Part shown: positions 41,752 to 51,955 of the stretch, one piece after another
Numbering within the stretch: position 1 is the first letter of the stretch
Layout of the letters: each line of letters begins with the position of its first letter
Assembly (NCBI GenBank): GCA_964587125.1
Contig: CAZPKC010000001.1
Coordinates: forward strand, 14,872 to 78,871
Origin: an uncultured Rhodospirillaceae bacterium
GTDB taxonomy: Bacteria; Pseudomonadota; Alphaproteobacteria; UBA9219
DNA length: 64,000 nucleotides
Reading direction: 5' to 3'
Translations under genes and position numbers: made by a program
Notes under the pieces: model-generated
The model's input: only the letters and a program-made list of their open reading frames with translations
Databases searched by the model: none
Told to the model about the DNA's origin: nothing

Positions 41752-42306
41752 ATGTTTAAATCTTTCGCCAATAAACTGACTGTATCCCGGATTGTCGTTA
41801 TCCCGGCCATTCTGCTGCTTTTGGCTATCCCGCATGGATGGGCGGCATGGCTTGCGCTTGTCTTGTTCACGTCGGCGGGAATAACGGATTGGCTCGACGG
41901 CTATATGGCGCGGCGCGACAACGAAGTGACGCGGGTCGGCCAATTCCTCGATCCCATCGCTGATAAGCTGCTCGTTTCGGCCGTCATTCTGGTTCTGGTT
42001 TCCACACGGCAAATCAGCGGTTTGAGCGTGTGGCCTGCGGTCATCATTCTCATGCGCGAAGTCGCCGTTTCGGGCTTGCGCGAATTTCTGGCTGGCATTC
42101 GAGTCAGCGTCCCCGTCAGCCGCCTCGCCAAATGGAAGACGACCATCCAGATGATCGCTTTGGGCTTTTTGATGATCGGCGACCGCTATGCGCCGGATAT
42201 CGTCCCCGCGACGCTTATCGGAGATTTAGGCATCTGGATCGCGGGGGGATTCACGCTCGTCACGGCGTGGGATTATTGGCACGCCAGCCTCAAGCATTTC
42301 GATTAG
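41752..42306 (+). CDS. pgsA: CDP-diacylglycerol--glycerol-3-phosphate 3-phosphatidyltransferase
   Basis: CDP-alcohol phosphatidyltransferase motif (DGYMARRDNEVTRVGQFLDPIADK), 184 aa. Confidence 0.85.
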   Translation: MFKSFANKLTVSRIVVIPAILLLLAIPHGWAAWLALVLFTSAGITDWLDGYMARRDNEVTRVGQFLDPIADKLLVSAVILVLVSTRQISGLSVWPAVIILMREVAVSGLREFLAGIRVSVPVSRLAKWKTTIQMIALGFLMIGDRYAPDIVPATLIGDLGIWIAGGFTLVTAWDYWHASLKHFD

Positions 42307-42314
42307 GCAAAAAA

Positions 42315-42785
42315 TCACGAACGAAGCGTGGCAAGCAGGCGCTTCGGATTGCGGAAAAGATCGAGTGCGTCAAGAATATCGGTTGATACGATATCGGCAT
42401 TCGCCATAGCTTCGGCGGCTGCGCATTCTTTTTGCACGAGAGCGATGCCAAGCGCGGCAGCTTTCAGCATCTTGCAATCGTTGCGCCCATTTCCGATAGC
42501 GGCAACGGATTCTGGCCCGAGTCTTGAAATATAATCGAGTTTCGCGTCGTCCTGCTTTTCGACGGGAAGGATCGTCAACTTGACCGGCAATCCCTTAAGC
42601 TGGTTTGCCGCAAGGCCGAAAGTATCCGCTGTGATGACGTGGATTTGGATATCTTGCGCGAGCGTTTTAAAAATCCTATCCACGCCGGACAAAAGATTCC
42701 CGTCCACAGCCAGCGTTCCATTGTAGTCCAAAACGAGATGGCTCAATCGAAGGCGGCAAAATCCGGGAATGTCGATATCGATCAT
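42315..42785 (-). CDS. HAD-superfamily hydrolase, soluble P-type-ATPase-like (COG4087-type)
   Basis: 156 aa starting MIDIDIPGF. DYNGT (HAD motif I) and GNGRND (motif IV). The N-terminal part of the 308-aa track ORF overlaps galU and was discarded. Confidence 0.55.
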   Translation of the reverse strand: MIDIDIPGFCRLRLSHLVLDYNGTLAVDGNLLSGVDRIFKTLAQDIQIHVITADTFGLAANQLKGLPVKLTILPVEKQDDAKLDYISRLGPESVAAIGNGRNDCKMLKAAALGIALVQKECAAAEAMANADIVSTDILDALDLFRNPKRLLATLRS

Positions 42786-42790
42786 TTTCG

Positions 42791-43666
42791 TCAGGCGCCT
42801 ATGATTTCCTTCAGGGCTTCGCGGATCGCGTCGCCCATTTCCTCGTGCGCGAGAGCGAAGGCGACGTTCGCCGCGATAAATCCGACCTTGTCGCCGCAAT
42901 CGTAGCGTTTGCCCTGATAGCGCAAGCCGTGAAAAGGTTGCTTCCCGATGAGGCGCGCCATGGCGTCGGTCAGTTGAATTTCGCCGCCCGCCCCGATTTG
43001 CTTGGCTTCCAGCTCGCGGAAAATTTCCGGCTGCAAAATATAACGGCCAATAATGGAAAGTGTCGAGGGGGCTTTTTCCGGCGTTGGTTTTTCGACCAAT
43101 CCCTTGATTTTGGCAAGGCGTCCATCGTCGGAGTCGATATCCAGAATGCCGTAACGGTTCGTCTGGTCGCGCGGCACATCGACGACGGCGACCATATTGC
43201 CGCCGACTTCTTCGTAAGCCTCGATCATTTGCTTCAAACAAGGTTTTTTCGCCAAAACGACATCGTCGGCGAGCAAAATGGCGAACGGCTCGTTATCGAC
43301 CAGATGCCTCGCGCACCAAATGGCGTGGCCCAGGCCCAGCGGCTCGCGCTGGCGCGTGAACAATAATTGGCCTGAGTCGATTTCCGTCGTTCTGAGCAAT
43401 TCAAGCGCTTCCGTTTTTTTGCGCGCCTCGAGCGTCCTTTTCAGGTCGCCGTTACTGTCGAAATGGTCTTCCAAAGCCCCCTTGCCGCGGCTTGTGACGA
43501 AGATGAACTGTTCGATACCCGCCGCGCGCGCCTCATCGACCGCGTGTTGGATCAACGGGCGATCGACGAGCGTCAGCATCTCTTTCGGCATCGCCTTGGT
43601 CGCGGGCAAGAAGCGCGTGCCGAGGCCGGCGACGGGGAATACAGCTTTGCGGACTCGTTGTTTCAT
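42791..43666 (-). CDS. galU: UTP--glucose-1-phosphate uridylyltransferase
   Basis: AVFPVAGLGTRFLPATKAMPKEML motif, 291 aa. Confidence 0.9.
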   Translation of the reverse strand: MKQRVRKAVFPVAGLGTRFLPATKAMPKEMLTLVDRPLIQHAVDEARAAGIEQFIFVTSRGKGALEDHFDSNGDLKRTLEARKKTEALELLRTTEIDSGQLLFTRQREPLGLGHAIWCARHLVDNEPFAILLADDVVLAKKPCLKQMIEAYEEVGGNMVAVVDVPRDQTNRYGILDIDSDDGRLAKIKGLVEKPTPEKAPSTLSIIGRYILQPEIFRELEAKQIGAGGEIQLTDAMARLIGKQPFHGLRYQGKRYDCGDKVGFIAANVAFALAHEEMGDAIREALKEIIGA

Positions 43667-43680
43667 TTTCTTTTTCTCAT

Positions 43681-44088
43681 CTAAGGAGGTGTCGGCGGCG
43701 CCGATAAAGCGTTCTTAACCGCCTCGCAGATTTCTTCAAGCGAAAAAGGCTTGGCGATGACCTGATGCACCAAGGCGTTCAGATTATGCGCCCGCAGGCG
43801 CTCCTGAACATACCCGGAAATCATGACGATGCGCATATCGGGAAAAAGGCGCACCGCCTTCATCGCCAAGGCGATGCCATCGACGTTGGGCATGACGATA
43901 TCGGTGACAAGAACGTTGAATTCTTCGCGCGCGAGCATATCAAGGGCTTGCTGTCCGTCGATGGCCCCCGAAACCGCGTACCCGGCGGAAGTCAGCGAAC
44001 GGACGATGAATTCCCGCACAGCGGGGTTGTCCTCGGCGACCAGAACTTTCGCGGCATCTGCGTTTGGAAGGCGGTTACGGGTTGGCAT
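43681..44088 (-). CDS. Single-domain response regulator (CpdR-like receiver)
   Basis: 135 aa from MPTRNRLP. VLVAEDN, TDIVMP phospho-acceptor region, KPF. Lies next to the DUF3426 zinc-ribbon gene as in many alphaproteobacteria. Confidence 0.7.
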   Translation of the reverse strand: MPTRNRLPNADAAKVLVAEDNPAVREFIVRSLTSAGYAVSGAIDGQQALDMLAREEFNVLVTDIVMPNVDGIALAMKAVRLFPDMRIVMISGYVQERLRAHNLNALVHQVIAKPFSLEEICEAVKNALSAPPTPP

Positions 44089-44815
44089 TCCCTTCTTCTT
44101 TCCGGGAGATGAATTCAAGATAGACGTCTTCAATCGTGCGTTCCATAGGCGTCGCGATTTCCGTGTGGAAAGGTATTTTTCCGCCCGGTTCGATAGACGG
44201 GACCGGCGCATCGACCCGCCAGCTTAGAATAGCGCTTTTATCGGGCCCCAGCGCGCGGGCGTCAATGTCGGGAATGGCTTTCGCTTCGATCGTCGTATTG
44301 CAGATCGTTCCGTCGACAAAAAGCTTCATCGTGCCGCCGTCGTATCTTAATTCCGATTTGACCCCCTCGAAAACAAGCCCCTCCCAGCCCGGAGAAACGT
44401 TTAATCCTAGGACATGGTAAAAACCCGTTAATTCAGGGAAAGCTTTAGCAACAGAATACCTCTCGACAATCAATACTGAAGCGAGGATCGCAAACAAGAC
44501 CGTAGCGACAAGAAAAAATAACAGATTATTTGGAAAAAAGCTTTTCTCGATGACGGCGGGCAAATTAGCCGTCGGTTTAGCCGGGGTTTCCGGTTTGTTC
44601 GGCGCGGGCGGACGCGACGACAAAGGCGAAGAAGGCGGCGAGGGTTCCGGGATCGGCGCAAAACCCGGAGGCGGCGCGACGACATCGACCGCCGTCGGCA
44701 ACTTCACGTGCCATTCATGCTTGCACAGCGCGCAACGCACCTGCCGCCCTCCTTCAGCGAAAAGGCCGATCTGCACCAGATAGCGGGTGCTGCATGAGGG
44801 ACATTCAATAATCAT
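44075..44815 (-). CDS. MJ0042-type zinc-ribbon / DUF3426 membrane protein
   Basis: MIIECPSCSTRYLV...VRCALCKHEW zinc ribbon, a Pro-rich linker, a TM helix and a C-terminal DUF3426-like domain. Confidence 0.65.
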   Translation of the reverse strand: MIIECPSCSTRYLVQIGLFAEGGRQVRCALCKHEWHVKLPTAVDVVAPPPGFAPIPEPSPPSSPLSSRPPAPNKPETPAKPTANLPAVIEKSFFPNNLLFFLVATVLFAILASVLIVERYSVAKAFPELTGFYHVLGLNVSPGWEGLVFEGVKSELRYDGGTMKLFVDGTICNTTIEAKAIPDIDARALGPDKSAILSWRVDAPVPSIEPGGKIPFHTEIATPMERTIEDVYLEFISRKEEGNANP

Positions 44816-44956
44816 CGCATCGATAAGCCGGAATAAGACCTTGGGAACGTATCATTTTATGACCTAAACGGCTAATTTTAAAAGGGGCATCCTTGGGGTT
44901 TGGAATCGTCCCTTTTTATGCTAACCGTTCTGTCTCACTCTAAATTTCAGGGCCAG

Positions 44957-45622
44957 ATGCTTCTTTCTTTTCAAAATGTCAGCCTAAGTTATGAGCCAAA
45001 ACTCAACATTTTGGACAATATAACCTTTTCCATTGCTGAGAACGGTTTTTACTTCCTGACCGGTACTTCCGGCGCGGGAAAATCGTCTTTGCTGCGGTTA
45101 ATCTATCAATCGGAAAGGCCTTCGAGCGGCCAAATCATCTTGTTCGGCGAATCGTTAACCAACGATGGGCATAAAAAACAGGCCGAAATGCGCCGCAAAA
45201 TAGGCATCGTTTTTCAGGATTTCCGCCTCATCCCGCATCTGACGGCTTGGGAAAACGCCGCCTTGCCGCTGCGCCTGACCGATGCCAAAGAAGATTATAT
45301 CAAACGCCACACGCAAGAACTTCTGGAATGGGTCGGCATAGGGCATCGCATGTATGCCACGCCTCAGGAACTTTCGGGCGGCGAGCAGCAGCGCGTCGCT
45401 ATCGCCCGCGCCGTGGTGACAAAACCCAGATTGCTTCTGGCCGACGAGCCGACCGGCAATGTTGATGAAGATACCGCTTTGAAATTGCTTCACCTTTTCG
45501 ATGAATTGAACAAACTCGGCACCGCCGTTATTCTTGCAACCCACCAAAGCCATTTGGTCGATAAATTTCACAAGCCTGCCCTGCGGTTGGTAAAAGGCAG
45601 ATTGCAGAAATCTGGAAATTAA
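44957..45622 (+). CDS. ftsE: Cell division ATP-binding protein FtsE
   Basis: ABC ATPase ([36 protein letters not shown]). Internal ATG 44957 chosen by comparison with the FtsE N-terminus; the track ORF begins at 44900. Confidence 0.8.
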   Translation: MLLSFQNVSLSYEPKLNILDNITFSIAENGFYFLTGTSGAGKSSLLRLIYQSERPSSGQIILFGESLTNDGHKKQAEMRRKIGIVFQDFRLIPHLTAWENAALPLRLTDAKEDYIKRHTQELLEWVGIGHRMYATPQELSGGEQQRVAIARAVVTKPRLLLADEPTGNVDEDTALKLLHLFDELNKLGTAVILATHQSHLVDKFHKPALRLVKGRLQKSGN

Positions 45623-45629
45623 TCCTAAA

Positions 45630-46553
45630 GTGCTCTCTGTTTCTAATCTTTGGACTGTCATGTCATTGCCGCGCCATCTTTTCACTCCCGCGTTCCGTGT
45701 CCAGCATTTGGGCCGGTCTTTTGCTGCGATCGTCGGCATCATGGTTTTTATCGCCAGCTTCGCCACCGCCGCCGAAACCGTTTTGCTGACCGCCAGTTAT
45801 TTGTGGGGGCAAACGATGGAAACCCGCCTGACGGTCGAGATTCCGGCCGTCGGCGACGAGGCCTCGATGCCGCAAGCCGAGCGCGTCAGGCAAGCCGTTT
45901 CCGTTTTGCGCGCATTGCCGGATGTGGGAATGGTGTCGCCCTTGTCCGACAGCGAAGTCGAGCGTTTATTGGGCCCGTGGTTCAACAAGCCCGAACTTCT
46001 GCGCGCGCTGCCCTTGCCAACCTTGATCGACGTCGACCGCAAACCGGGCGCGGAGTTGAGCGCGCAGAAAATCCAGGCCGCTTTGAAAAACGTCGTCAGC
46101 GACGCGAAAGTCAACGATCACGGCGCGTGGACTCGGGATGTGTGGCGTCTGGTGCGCGGATTGACGCTTTTAGGAGGCCTGACGATCGCCCTGACCGCCC
46201 TGACCCTTGTCATCGCCGTCAGCTTGATTTGCCGCGCCGTCATCGCCGCCGAGCATGAGACGATCTCGCTGCTCCATCTCATAGGCGCGGAAAACAAGGA
46301 TATCGCCCGCCATTTCCAGTCGCAGGCCTCGCGGATCGCCGCGCGCGCGGCGGCCATAGGCTTTCTTTTCGCTCTTTTCCTCACCCTCGGTCTGTTTTTC
46401 TCCACGCGCGACATTATGAATCTTTCCTCGCTGGAATGGATACATTGGGTGAGCGTCGGCATTGTGTCTCTTCTGGTTCCTTTTTGCGCGACGGCTATTG
46501 CCACGGTGACGGCGCGCATTTCCGTCATGCGTCTGATAGAAACGTTCCCATGA
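45630..46553 (+). CDS. ftsX: Cell division permease FtsX-like
   Basis: Four TM helices with a periplasmic domain, located directly after ftsE. Confidence 0.7.
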   Translation: MLSVSNLWTVMSLPRHLFTPAFRVQHLGRSFAAIVGIMVFIASFATAAETVLLTASYLWGQTMETRLTVEIPAVGDEASMPQAERVRQAVSVLRALPDVGMVSPLSDSEVERLLGPWFNKPELLRALPLPTLIDVDRKPGAELSAQKIQAALKNVVSDAKVNDHGAWTRDVWRLVRGLTLLGGLTIALTALTLVIAVSLICRAVIAAEHETISLLHLIGAENKDIARHFQSQASRIAARAAAIGFLFALFLTLGLFFSTRDIMNLSSLEWIHWVSVGIVSLLVPFCATAIATVTARISVMRLIETFP

Positions 46554-47158
46554 AGAAGCCTTCCCTCCTTCTTTTGCTCGTCGGCGCGGTTTTGGCGGGT
46601 TCGTGGCTTTACGGATTTCTGAATTTCGCCGAGGGCGTCGCGGATTTGCGCGAGCCGGACGTTCATGCCGATCTTGAAGCCACACAGGCCATCGTCGTTT
46701 TGACAGGGGGGAGCGAGCGCGTGGCGACGGGCATTGGGCTTCTAGAATCAGGCAAAGGTAAAAAACTTTTCATTTCGGGCGTGCATAAAAACCTGTCTTT
46801 GGAAAGCGTTTTAAGGGCCCTGCCAGTTCCCACGGATATGCGCGCGTGCTGCATCGTCCTTGGCTATCAGGCGGGCAGCACGGCGGGAAACGCCGAAGAA
46901 ACGCGCGCGTGGATGGCCATTGAAGGATTCACCTCCCTGCGCCTTGTGACGGCCAATTATCATATGCCACGCAGCCTTCTTCTGTTCCGCACCGAGATGC
47001 CTGACGCGACGATTATCCCCCATCCCGTTGCGCCCGATAACGTCAAATTCGACGAATGGTGGAAGCATCCGGGAACGATCAGCCTTCTGGCGACGGAATA
47101 CGGCAAATATCTCATCGCAACTTTCGAACTCTGGCTGAACGGCAGAAACGCATCATGA
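46550..47158 (+). CDS. DUF218 (YdcF/SanA/ElyC-like) protein
   Basis: Start MKKPSLLL overlaps the ftsX stop. IVVLTGG..GKKLFISG core. Confidence 0.55.
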   Translation: MKKPSLLLLLVGAVLAGSWLYGFLNFAEGVADLREPDVHADLEATQAIVVLTGGSERVATGIGLLESGKGKKLFISGVHKNLSLESVLRALPVPTDMRACCIVLGYQAGSTAGNAEETRAWMAIEGFTSLRLVTANYHMPRSLLLFRTEMPDATIIPHPVAPDNVKFDEWWKHPGTISLLATEYGKYLIATFELWLNGRNAS

Positions 47159-47862
47159 ATTTTCTTCGCTCTCTTTGGTTCAACCTCACTTTTTACGCCG
47201 CCAATCTGGTCATGAGCGTGGGGCTTTGCGGCGTTTTGTTCCTGCCGCGCGAGAAAATCGTGAAAGCGGTGCATATCTGGCTCTCCGCCGTCGCGTGGAT
47301 CGAAAACCACGTCGGCGGCATCAAATACAAAATCGTCGGGCGCGAGAACATCCCAAAAGGTGCGTGCCTTATCGCCTCCAAGCACCAATCGGAATGGGAA
47401 ACGTTCAAGATGCACCTGATTTTGAACGATCCCGCTATTGTCTTGAAGCGCGAGCTTTTGAAAATTCCTTTGATCGGCTGGTATATGAGCCGCTCCGGCT
47501 CGATCCCCATTGACCGAGGCTCGCCCACAAAATCCATGCTCGCGATGCTTCCCGCCGCGCGAAAAGCTGCGGCGGATGGCCGTCCCATCGTGATTTTCCC
47601 CGAAGGCACGCGCGTGGCCGTCGGCGAATCCCGCCCCTATAAGAGCGGCGTGATGGCTCTGTATCAGTATTTGAATATTCCGGTCGTGCCCTTGGCGCTC
47701 AATTCAGGGTTGTTGTGGCCGAAGAACAGCTTTTTCAAAAAATCCGGCACGATTACCGTCGAATTTCTGCCGCCTATTCCATCAGGCCTTCCGCGCGAGG
47801 AAATGATGCGAAGACTGCGCGACGAATTAGAAACGGCGGCGGCGAGATTGGCAAAGATTTAG
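47155..47862 (+). CDS. plsC: 1-acyl-sn-glycerol-3-phosphate acyltransferase
   Basis: HQSEWET (HX4D-type acyltransferase motif) and FPEGTR. Start overlaps the previous stop. Confidence 0.75.
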   Translation: MNFLRSLWFNLTFYAANLVMSVGLCGVLFLPREKIVKAVHIWLSAVAWIENHVGGIKYKIVGRENIPKGACLIASKHQSEWETFKMHLILNDPAIVLKRELLKIPLIGWYMSRSGSIPIDRGSPTKSMLAMLPAARKAAADGRPIVIFPEGTRVAVGESRPYKSGVMALYQYLNIPVVPLALNSGLLWPKNSFFKKSGTITVEFLPPIPSGLPREEMMRRLRDELETAAARLAKI

Positions 47863-48794
47863 CGCGCCGACAAAATGGCGTCCCACGCGTCCCTGACGCC
47901 TTTTTGGAACGTTTCGGGCGTGTAAAGCAACAATGTTTTCCGACACGCGGCGCGATATGTTTCGATCTCCACGCCCGATGTTTGGCTTAAATCCACCGCT
48001 TGCGCCAGCGCTTCGATACATGCGGGAAAATCATCCTCTCCGGCCCAGAATCCGTTTTCGGGCGACGCGTATTCGCGGCCTCCGATGCCCGTGAATCCCG
48101 CCACGACGCAACCCGAAGCCATTGCTTCAAGCGGTGTAAGACCAAAGCCCTCGAGGCGGCTGAGCGAAAGAAAAACTTTCGCTTTGCCCATGCGCCGCGC
48201 AACTTCGGCTTCGTTGGCATTGGCGATTTCGATCCATTCCCAATCGCGGAATTTTGGATAGGAAAAACAAAACATATCGCGGATATAGGCGGCCTCGATC
48301 GCGCGTTTGCGCGGCATGAAGGCGATTGCGTTACGCTTTTCCGGCGCAGGACGGAATGACGTGGGATCGACAGCGCACGGCACGATGTATGCGCGGAGCG
48401 TCGGATGACGCTTGCGGCAATGATCGAAGATCGTCTTGCTGCTGCATAGAATGTCGGTCACGCCGTAATCGGCATAGCTTCCCCCGTCCCCGATCCCGAG
48501 CGCGCCGTAAAAATGGTTTTGGCTGTAGATTGCCTTGCGTTGGGGAAGGCGCGAAAAATCGGCCAGAATGTGGGGCTGGTCTTCGGGAAGGACGTAAAAA
48601 TGTTCGGCCTTGGGCAAAAAAATGCCCTGCCCCACGATGGGTGCTTTCGATTCAAACCACGAGGGACGCGCGCCGTTCTGCTCGAAAACGGCGGCGTCGC
48701 GGCCTTGCGCTATCAGCGCCTCGGCCATGCGGAAAATATGCTTGATGCCGCCATTGATGACGGAAACCGGAGGGCAGAAGAAAACGATTTTCAT
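47859..48794 (-). CDS. Glycosyltransferase family 4 (GT-B, group 1)
   Basis: 311 aa. The C-terminal EGFGLTPLEAMASGCVV block is typical of GT4. Confidence 0.7.
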   Translation of the reverse strand: MKIVFFCPPVSVINGGIKHIFRMAEALIAQGRDAAVFEQNGARPSWFESKAPIVGQGIFLPKAEHFYVLPEDQPHILADFSRLPQRKAIYSQNHFYGALGIGDGGSYADYGVTDILCSSKTIFDHCRKRHPTLRAYIVPCAVDPTSFRPAPEKRNAIAFMPRKRAIEAAYIRDMFCFSYPKFRDWEWIEIANANEAEVARRMGKAKVFLSLSRLEGFGLTPLEAMASGCVVAGFTGIGGREYASPENGFWAGEDDFPACIEALAQAVDLSQTSGVEIETYRAACRKTLLLYTPETFQKGVRDAWDAILSAR

Positions 48795-48871
48795 TACCGC
48801 GCCCCCTTTTGTTTAAACGGCAAGAGAAGGGTTTAAAGCATTTTGGCCTTCGCCCGGGCCCCACGCGAAGG

Positions 48872-49177
48872 CTACGGCGCCTCGTCTTCGACGACTTCGA
48901 CGACTTCCTCGACGGCTTCGTCTGCCAGTTCCTCGGCGTCTTCGATCACAGCGTCTTCGGCGGCCGCGGTCACGGGAAGACCGTCGATCACCTCTTCGGC
49001 CGTATCCTTGGCAACGGCTTTCTTCTCAGTGCTGCGCCCACGGCGCGCGCGCAAAAGATTTTCAGGATCGAAAGATGTTTTGCACGCCGGGCAAACCGGC
49101 GGATTTTTTTTCATATCGTAATAGCGCTTTCCGCAAGCAGGGCAGATGCGCTTTAGTCCCCATTCCGCTTTCGACAC
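48872..49177 (-). CDS. TIGR02300 / FYDLN-acid zinc-ribbon protein
   Basis: CPACGKRYYDM...CPAC with FDPENL and an acidic C-terminal tail, 101 aa. Confidence 0.6.
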   Translation of the reverse strand: MSKAEWGLKRICPACGKRYYDMKKNPPVCPACKTSFDPENLLRARRGRSTEKKAVAKDTAEEVIDGLPVTAAAEDAVIEDAEELADEAVEEVVEVVEDEAP

Positions 49178-49320
49178 GTTCCCTTCTCCCTAACACTAAG
49201 ACATTCAAGGGCTTTGCCCTAAGTCCGAGACCTCTTACACGAAAAAACACACGTGTCAACGCGTATGAGCTTCAAAAAAAGAATCGGAAAAAAGGATTCG
49301 ATCATAAAGGGAAAAAGTTG

Positions 49321-49345
49321 GAGGCGACGAGGATCGAACAAGCAA
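49321..49345 (-). repeat. Truncated copy of the 3' end of tRNA-Gly(GCC) (att-like remnant), inverted relative to the intact tRNA-Gly at 61499
   Basis: The reverse complement reads GTTCGATCCTCGTCGCC-TCCA. The intact tRNA-Gly reads GTTCGATCCTCGTCGCCCGCTCCA, giving a 17/17 core match. Confidence 0.45.
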
Positions 49346-49404
49346 ATATCAATCTGATAAATTGGCCATTATTGAAATTTGGAAATTCAGAGTTACCCCC
49401 AAAG

Positions 49405-50790
49405 TTACCCCCAGCCCCTGATGCTTAGAAAAAAGTTTCGAACTCGTGTCGCTACCGCCAAAATTTTTTGACGAACCAATACTACAGAAGCGAACTTGTC
49501 TGTCAAGGGAAGCAAGACACTAATGGTCTCATTCAAAGCCTTTGCCGCATGGTCGCGGGCATCCTTGCCGCCATAGGCGCGTCCGGCGACCGACATTGAA
49601 AACTCTTCGGTTTTGTTGGCGTTGCGGGTTTCTACGTCTTTTTTGACCTTGATGAGATTTTCGTTGCCGGACTTAATCATAGTCTGCGTCGGGCCGAACC
49701 TTCCTCGCATTTCAAACTGCCGCCGTAAATGCGAAGTGCGGAGAGAGTCCAGCTTGCGGACTTCGGTATCGACTTTGACCTTTTCCATCACGGCGGGGTT
49801 TCCCGATGCAATGGCTTTGATCTCGGCATAGGTCAAAGCGCCGCCGTTGATGTCCTCGGCGGTGCGAACGGAGGTGTCGCCGTTCATAACCTGTTGGATA
49901 AACTTCGCCTTGGTTTCCAAAGTCTGCCACATATAGGCATCAAACGAGCCTTCGGTGACGTAACGGCATATCCGCACCGCGCTGTTTTCATTGCCCTGCC
50001 GTAAAATGCGCCCGTCGCGCTGTTCGATGTCGCGGGGACGCCACGGTGCGTCGATGTTGTGGGAAGCATAGAGCTTACGCTGCACGTTGGTTCCGGCTCC
50101 CATTTTCTCGGTCGAGCCGAGCAAAACGCGCACCTGTCCGCTGTTGACCTTATCGAACAACGCCTGTTTTGCTGCGTCGGTATCGGCTTCGTGAATGAAG
50201 ACGATCTCATGCGGAGGAACGCCGCGCTCGATAAGTCCGAGGCGAATAGCTCCATAAACGTGAAAACGATCGGGGCAGGGCGTCGATATGTCGCAAAAAG
50301 CCAATTGCGTGGCGCGTAGGGCTTCCGTTTCCTTCCAGATAGCAAATATCTCTTGGGTTGCTAGGCTGACCTTCGATTGCGGGTGGGGCAATGCCAGCGG
50401 GTTGATAAGGCGCATGTCGAGCGCGGCTTTGCGCCCGTCGCCGGTGATCTTCAGCATATTGTCGTTTTTCGGATCGACGCTGCCGTTTTTGATCTTTTCG
50501 GAACGTTCCATCAGTCCGTTCACGAACGCTTTCAGTTCTGGCGTTGCGGGAGCGATGATAATGCGGTTCTTGCCTCCTTCGAGCGCGGGACGCGGCAGGT
50601 CGAGCATTTCCGACGTTTGCACGTCGGCAAAGTCCCGAAACATGGTCAGAAGTTCCGGCAAATTGACAAACTTGGCGAAGCGCGTGTGCATCCTGTAGCC
50701 CGCGCCGGAGGGAGCAAGCTCTAATGCTGTGACCGCCTCCCCAAAGTTGGCCGCCCAAGCGTCAAACTGCGCCATGCCTGCCTTCGCCAA
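49405..50790 (-). pseudogene. 5'-truncated helicase gene: helicase C-terminal-domain fragment resembling the C-terminal half of large phage/plasmid methyltransferase-helicase proteins
   Basis: The ORF begins at an internal Met with no N-terminal ATPase motifs I-III. It contains VLLGSTEKMGAGTNVQ and QRDGRILRQGN (helicase motifs V/VI). It is flanked by the tRNA-Gly fragment. Confidence 0.5.
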
Positions 50791-51076
50791 GGCTTCACGC
50801 GAGCCGTGGAAGCCCTTCGCTTAAGAATGGCGCATGTGAACCGCAAGATTTATTGCCGCTTGGCTTTACAAAACAAGAAATGGCAGACTTCTGGCACATG
50901 GCAAATGCAATGGCGAACGTCGAGTTGAAGATTGTGGAGCACTTGTCTTTTCCAAAGTTCAAGAGGGTAATACCACCTACAGTCCTTTTTGGGTTATCAA
51001 AACATAGTACGATAACATCCTCTGCGTTGCCGCCTCCTTGCCGCCCGATTCAGAAAAAATTCCAAAGGAACGTCCA

Positions 51077-51955
51077 ATGACCAAACTGGACATGCAAAAA
51101 GTCGTTAGGCTGATCGAGGAAGTTGCCAAGCAGGAAATTCTCCCGCGCTTTGGCAAACTTAGCGAAAGCGATATCGCTTATAAGCAACCCGATGATCCCG
51201 TCACCGTCGCCGACGAGGGGGCTGAAAGAATTCTGACCGAACGGCTGGTCGATATGATGCCCGGTGCGCTTGTTGTCGGAGAGGAAGCCTGTTCCCGCGA
51301 TCCCTCCATTCTTAACCGTTTTGCCGAGGACAGGCCGGTATTCGTGATCGACCCCATAGATGGTACGCGCCACTTTGCGGCAGGGCGGCCAACTTTCTTT
51401 ACGATGGTTGCTCTGGTTGAGAAAAACGAAATTATTGCCGGTTTCGTCCATCATCCTTTATCCGGCGAAACTATGACGGCGGAAAAAGGTGGCGGTGCTT
51501 GGTTGAACGGCAAGAGGCTTCGCGCTCTTGCGCCTGTACCGTTGCGCGAGGCCAGAGGAACCATAGGACAAAGGGTTTGGCATAAGCTGCCGGAAGAACG
51601 CGCCAAGCTGCAAGCCGCCATGCCTTCAATTGAGTGCAACCCTCTATCCGGCTATGCCGCGCCACGCCTTTTAATGTCGGGCACTTATTTCGGCCTCACG
51701 GAGGCCGTGCCGCAAACGCATTTTAGATGCTGCCCGTATTGGAGCACGCCTTGGGACGATGCGGCGGCTCTTCTTGCCCATGCCGAGGGCGGCGGAGTGT
51801 TCAGTCATTGGGATGGTCAACCGTATCAGCTCACTCAATTGCGCAGGGGAATCATCATGGCTCCTAATCGCGCCATGATCGACGAAATTGTCGAATTTTT
51901 TAAGCCATACGATTTGCGGAATCAAATTTTGAAACAACAGCAATTGAAACTCTAA
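51077..51955 (+). CDS. Inositol monophosphatase-family protein (second, divergent paralog)
   Basis: VGEE and VIDPIDGTRHF motifs, 292 aa from MTKLDMQ. Confidence 0.65.
   Translation: MTKLDMQKVVRLIEEVAKQEILPRFGKLSESDIAYKQPDDPVTVADEGAERILTERLVDMMPGALVVGEEACSRDPSILNRFAEDRPVFVIDPIDGTRHFAAGRPTFFTMVALVEKNEIIAGFVHHPLSGETMTAEKGGGAWLNGKRLRALAPVPLREARGTIGQRVWHKLPEERAKLQAAMPSIECNPLSGYAAPRLLMSGTYFGLTEAVPQTHFRCCPYWSTPWDDAAALLAHAEGGGVFSHWDGQPYQLTQLRRGIIMAPNRAMIDEIVEFFKPYDLRNQILKQQQLKL

Noticed and set aside
41433-41759. 108-aa ORF in the AT-rich uvrC-pgsA intergenic region
   Set aside because: It sits in a promoter-like AT-rich region with no RBS and odd composition. Likely non-coding.
42786-43241. N-terminal part of the 308-aa minus ORF 42315..43241
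   Set aside because: It overlaps galU on the same strand in another frame. The HAD protein starts at MIDIDIP (42785).
50853-51080. 75-aa ORF upstream of the second IMPase gene
   Set aside because: There is no RBS and it lies in the junction left by the truncated helicase. Likely non-coding.
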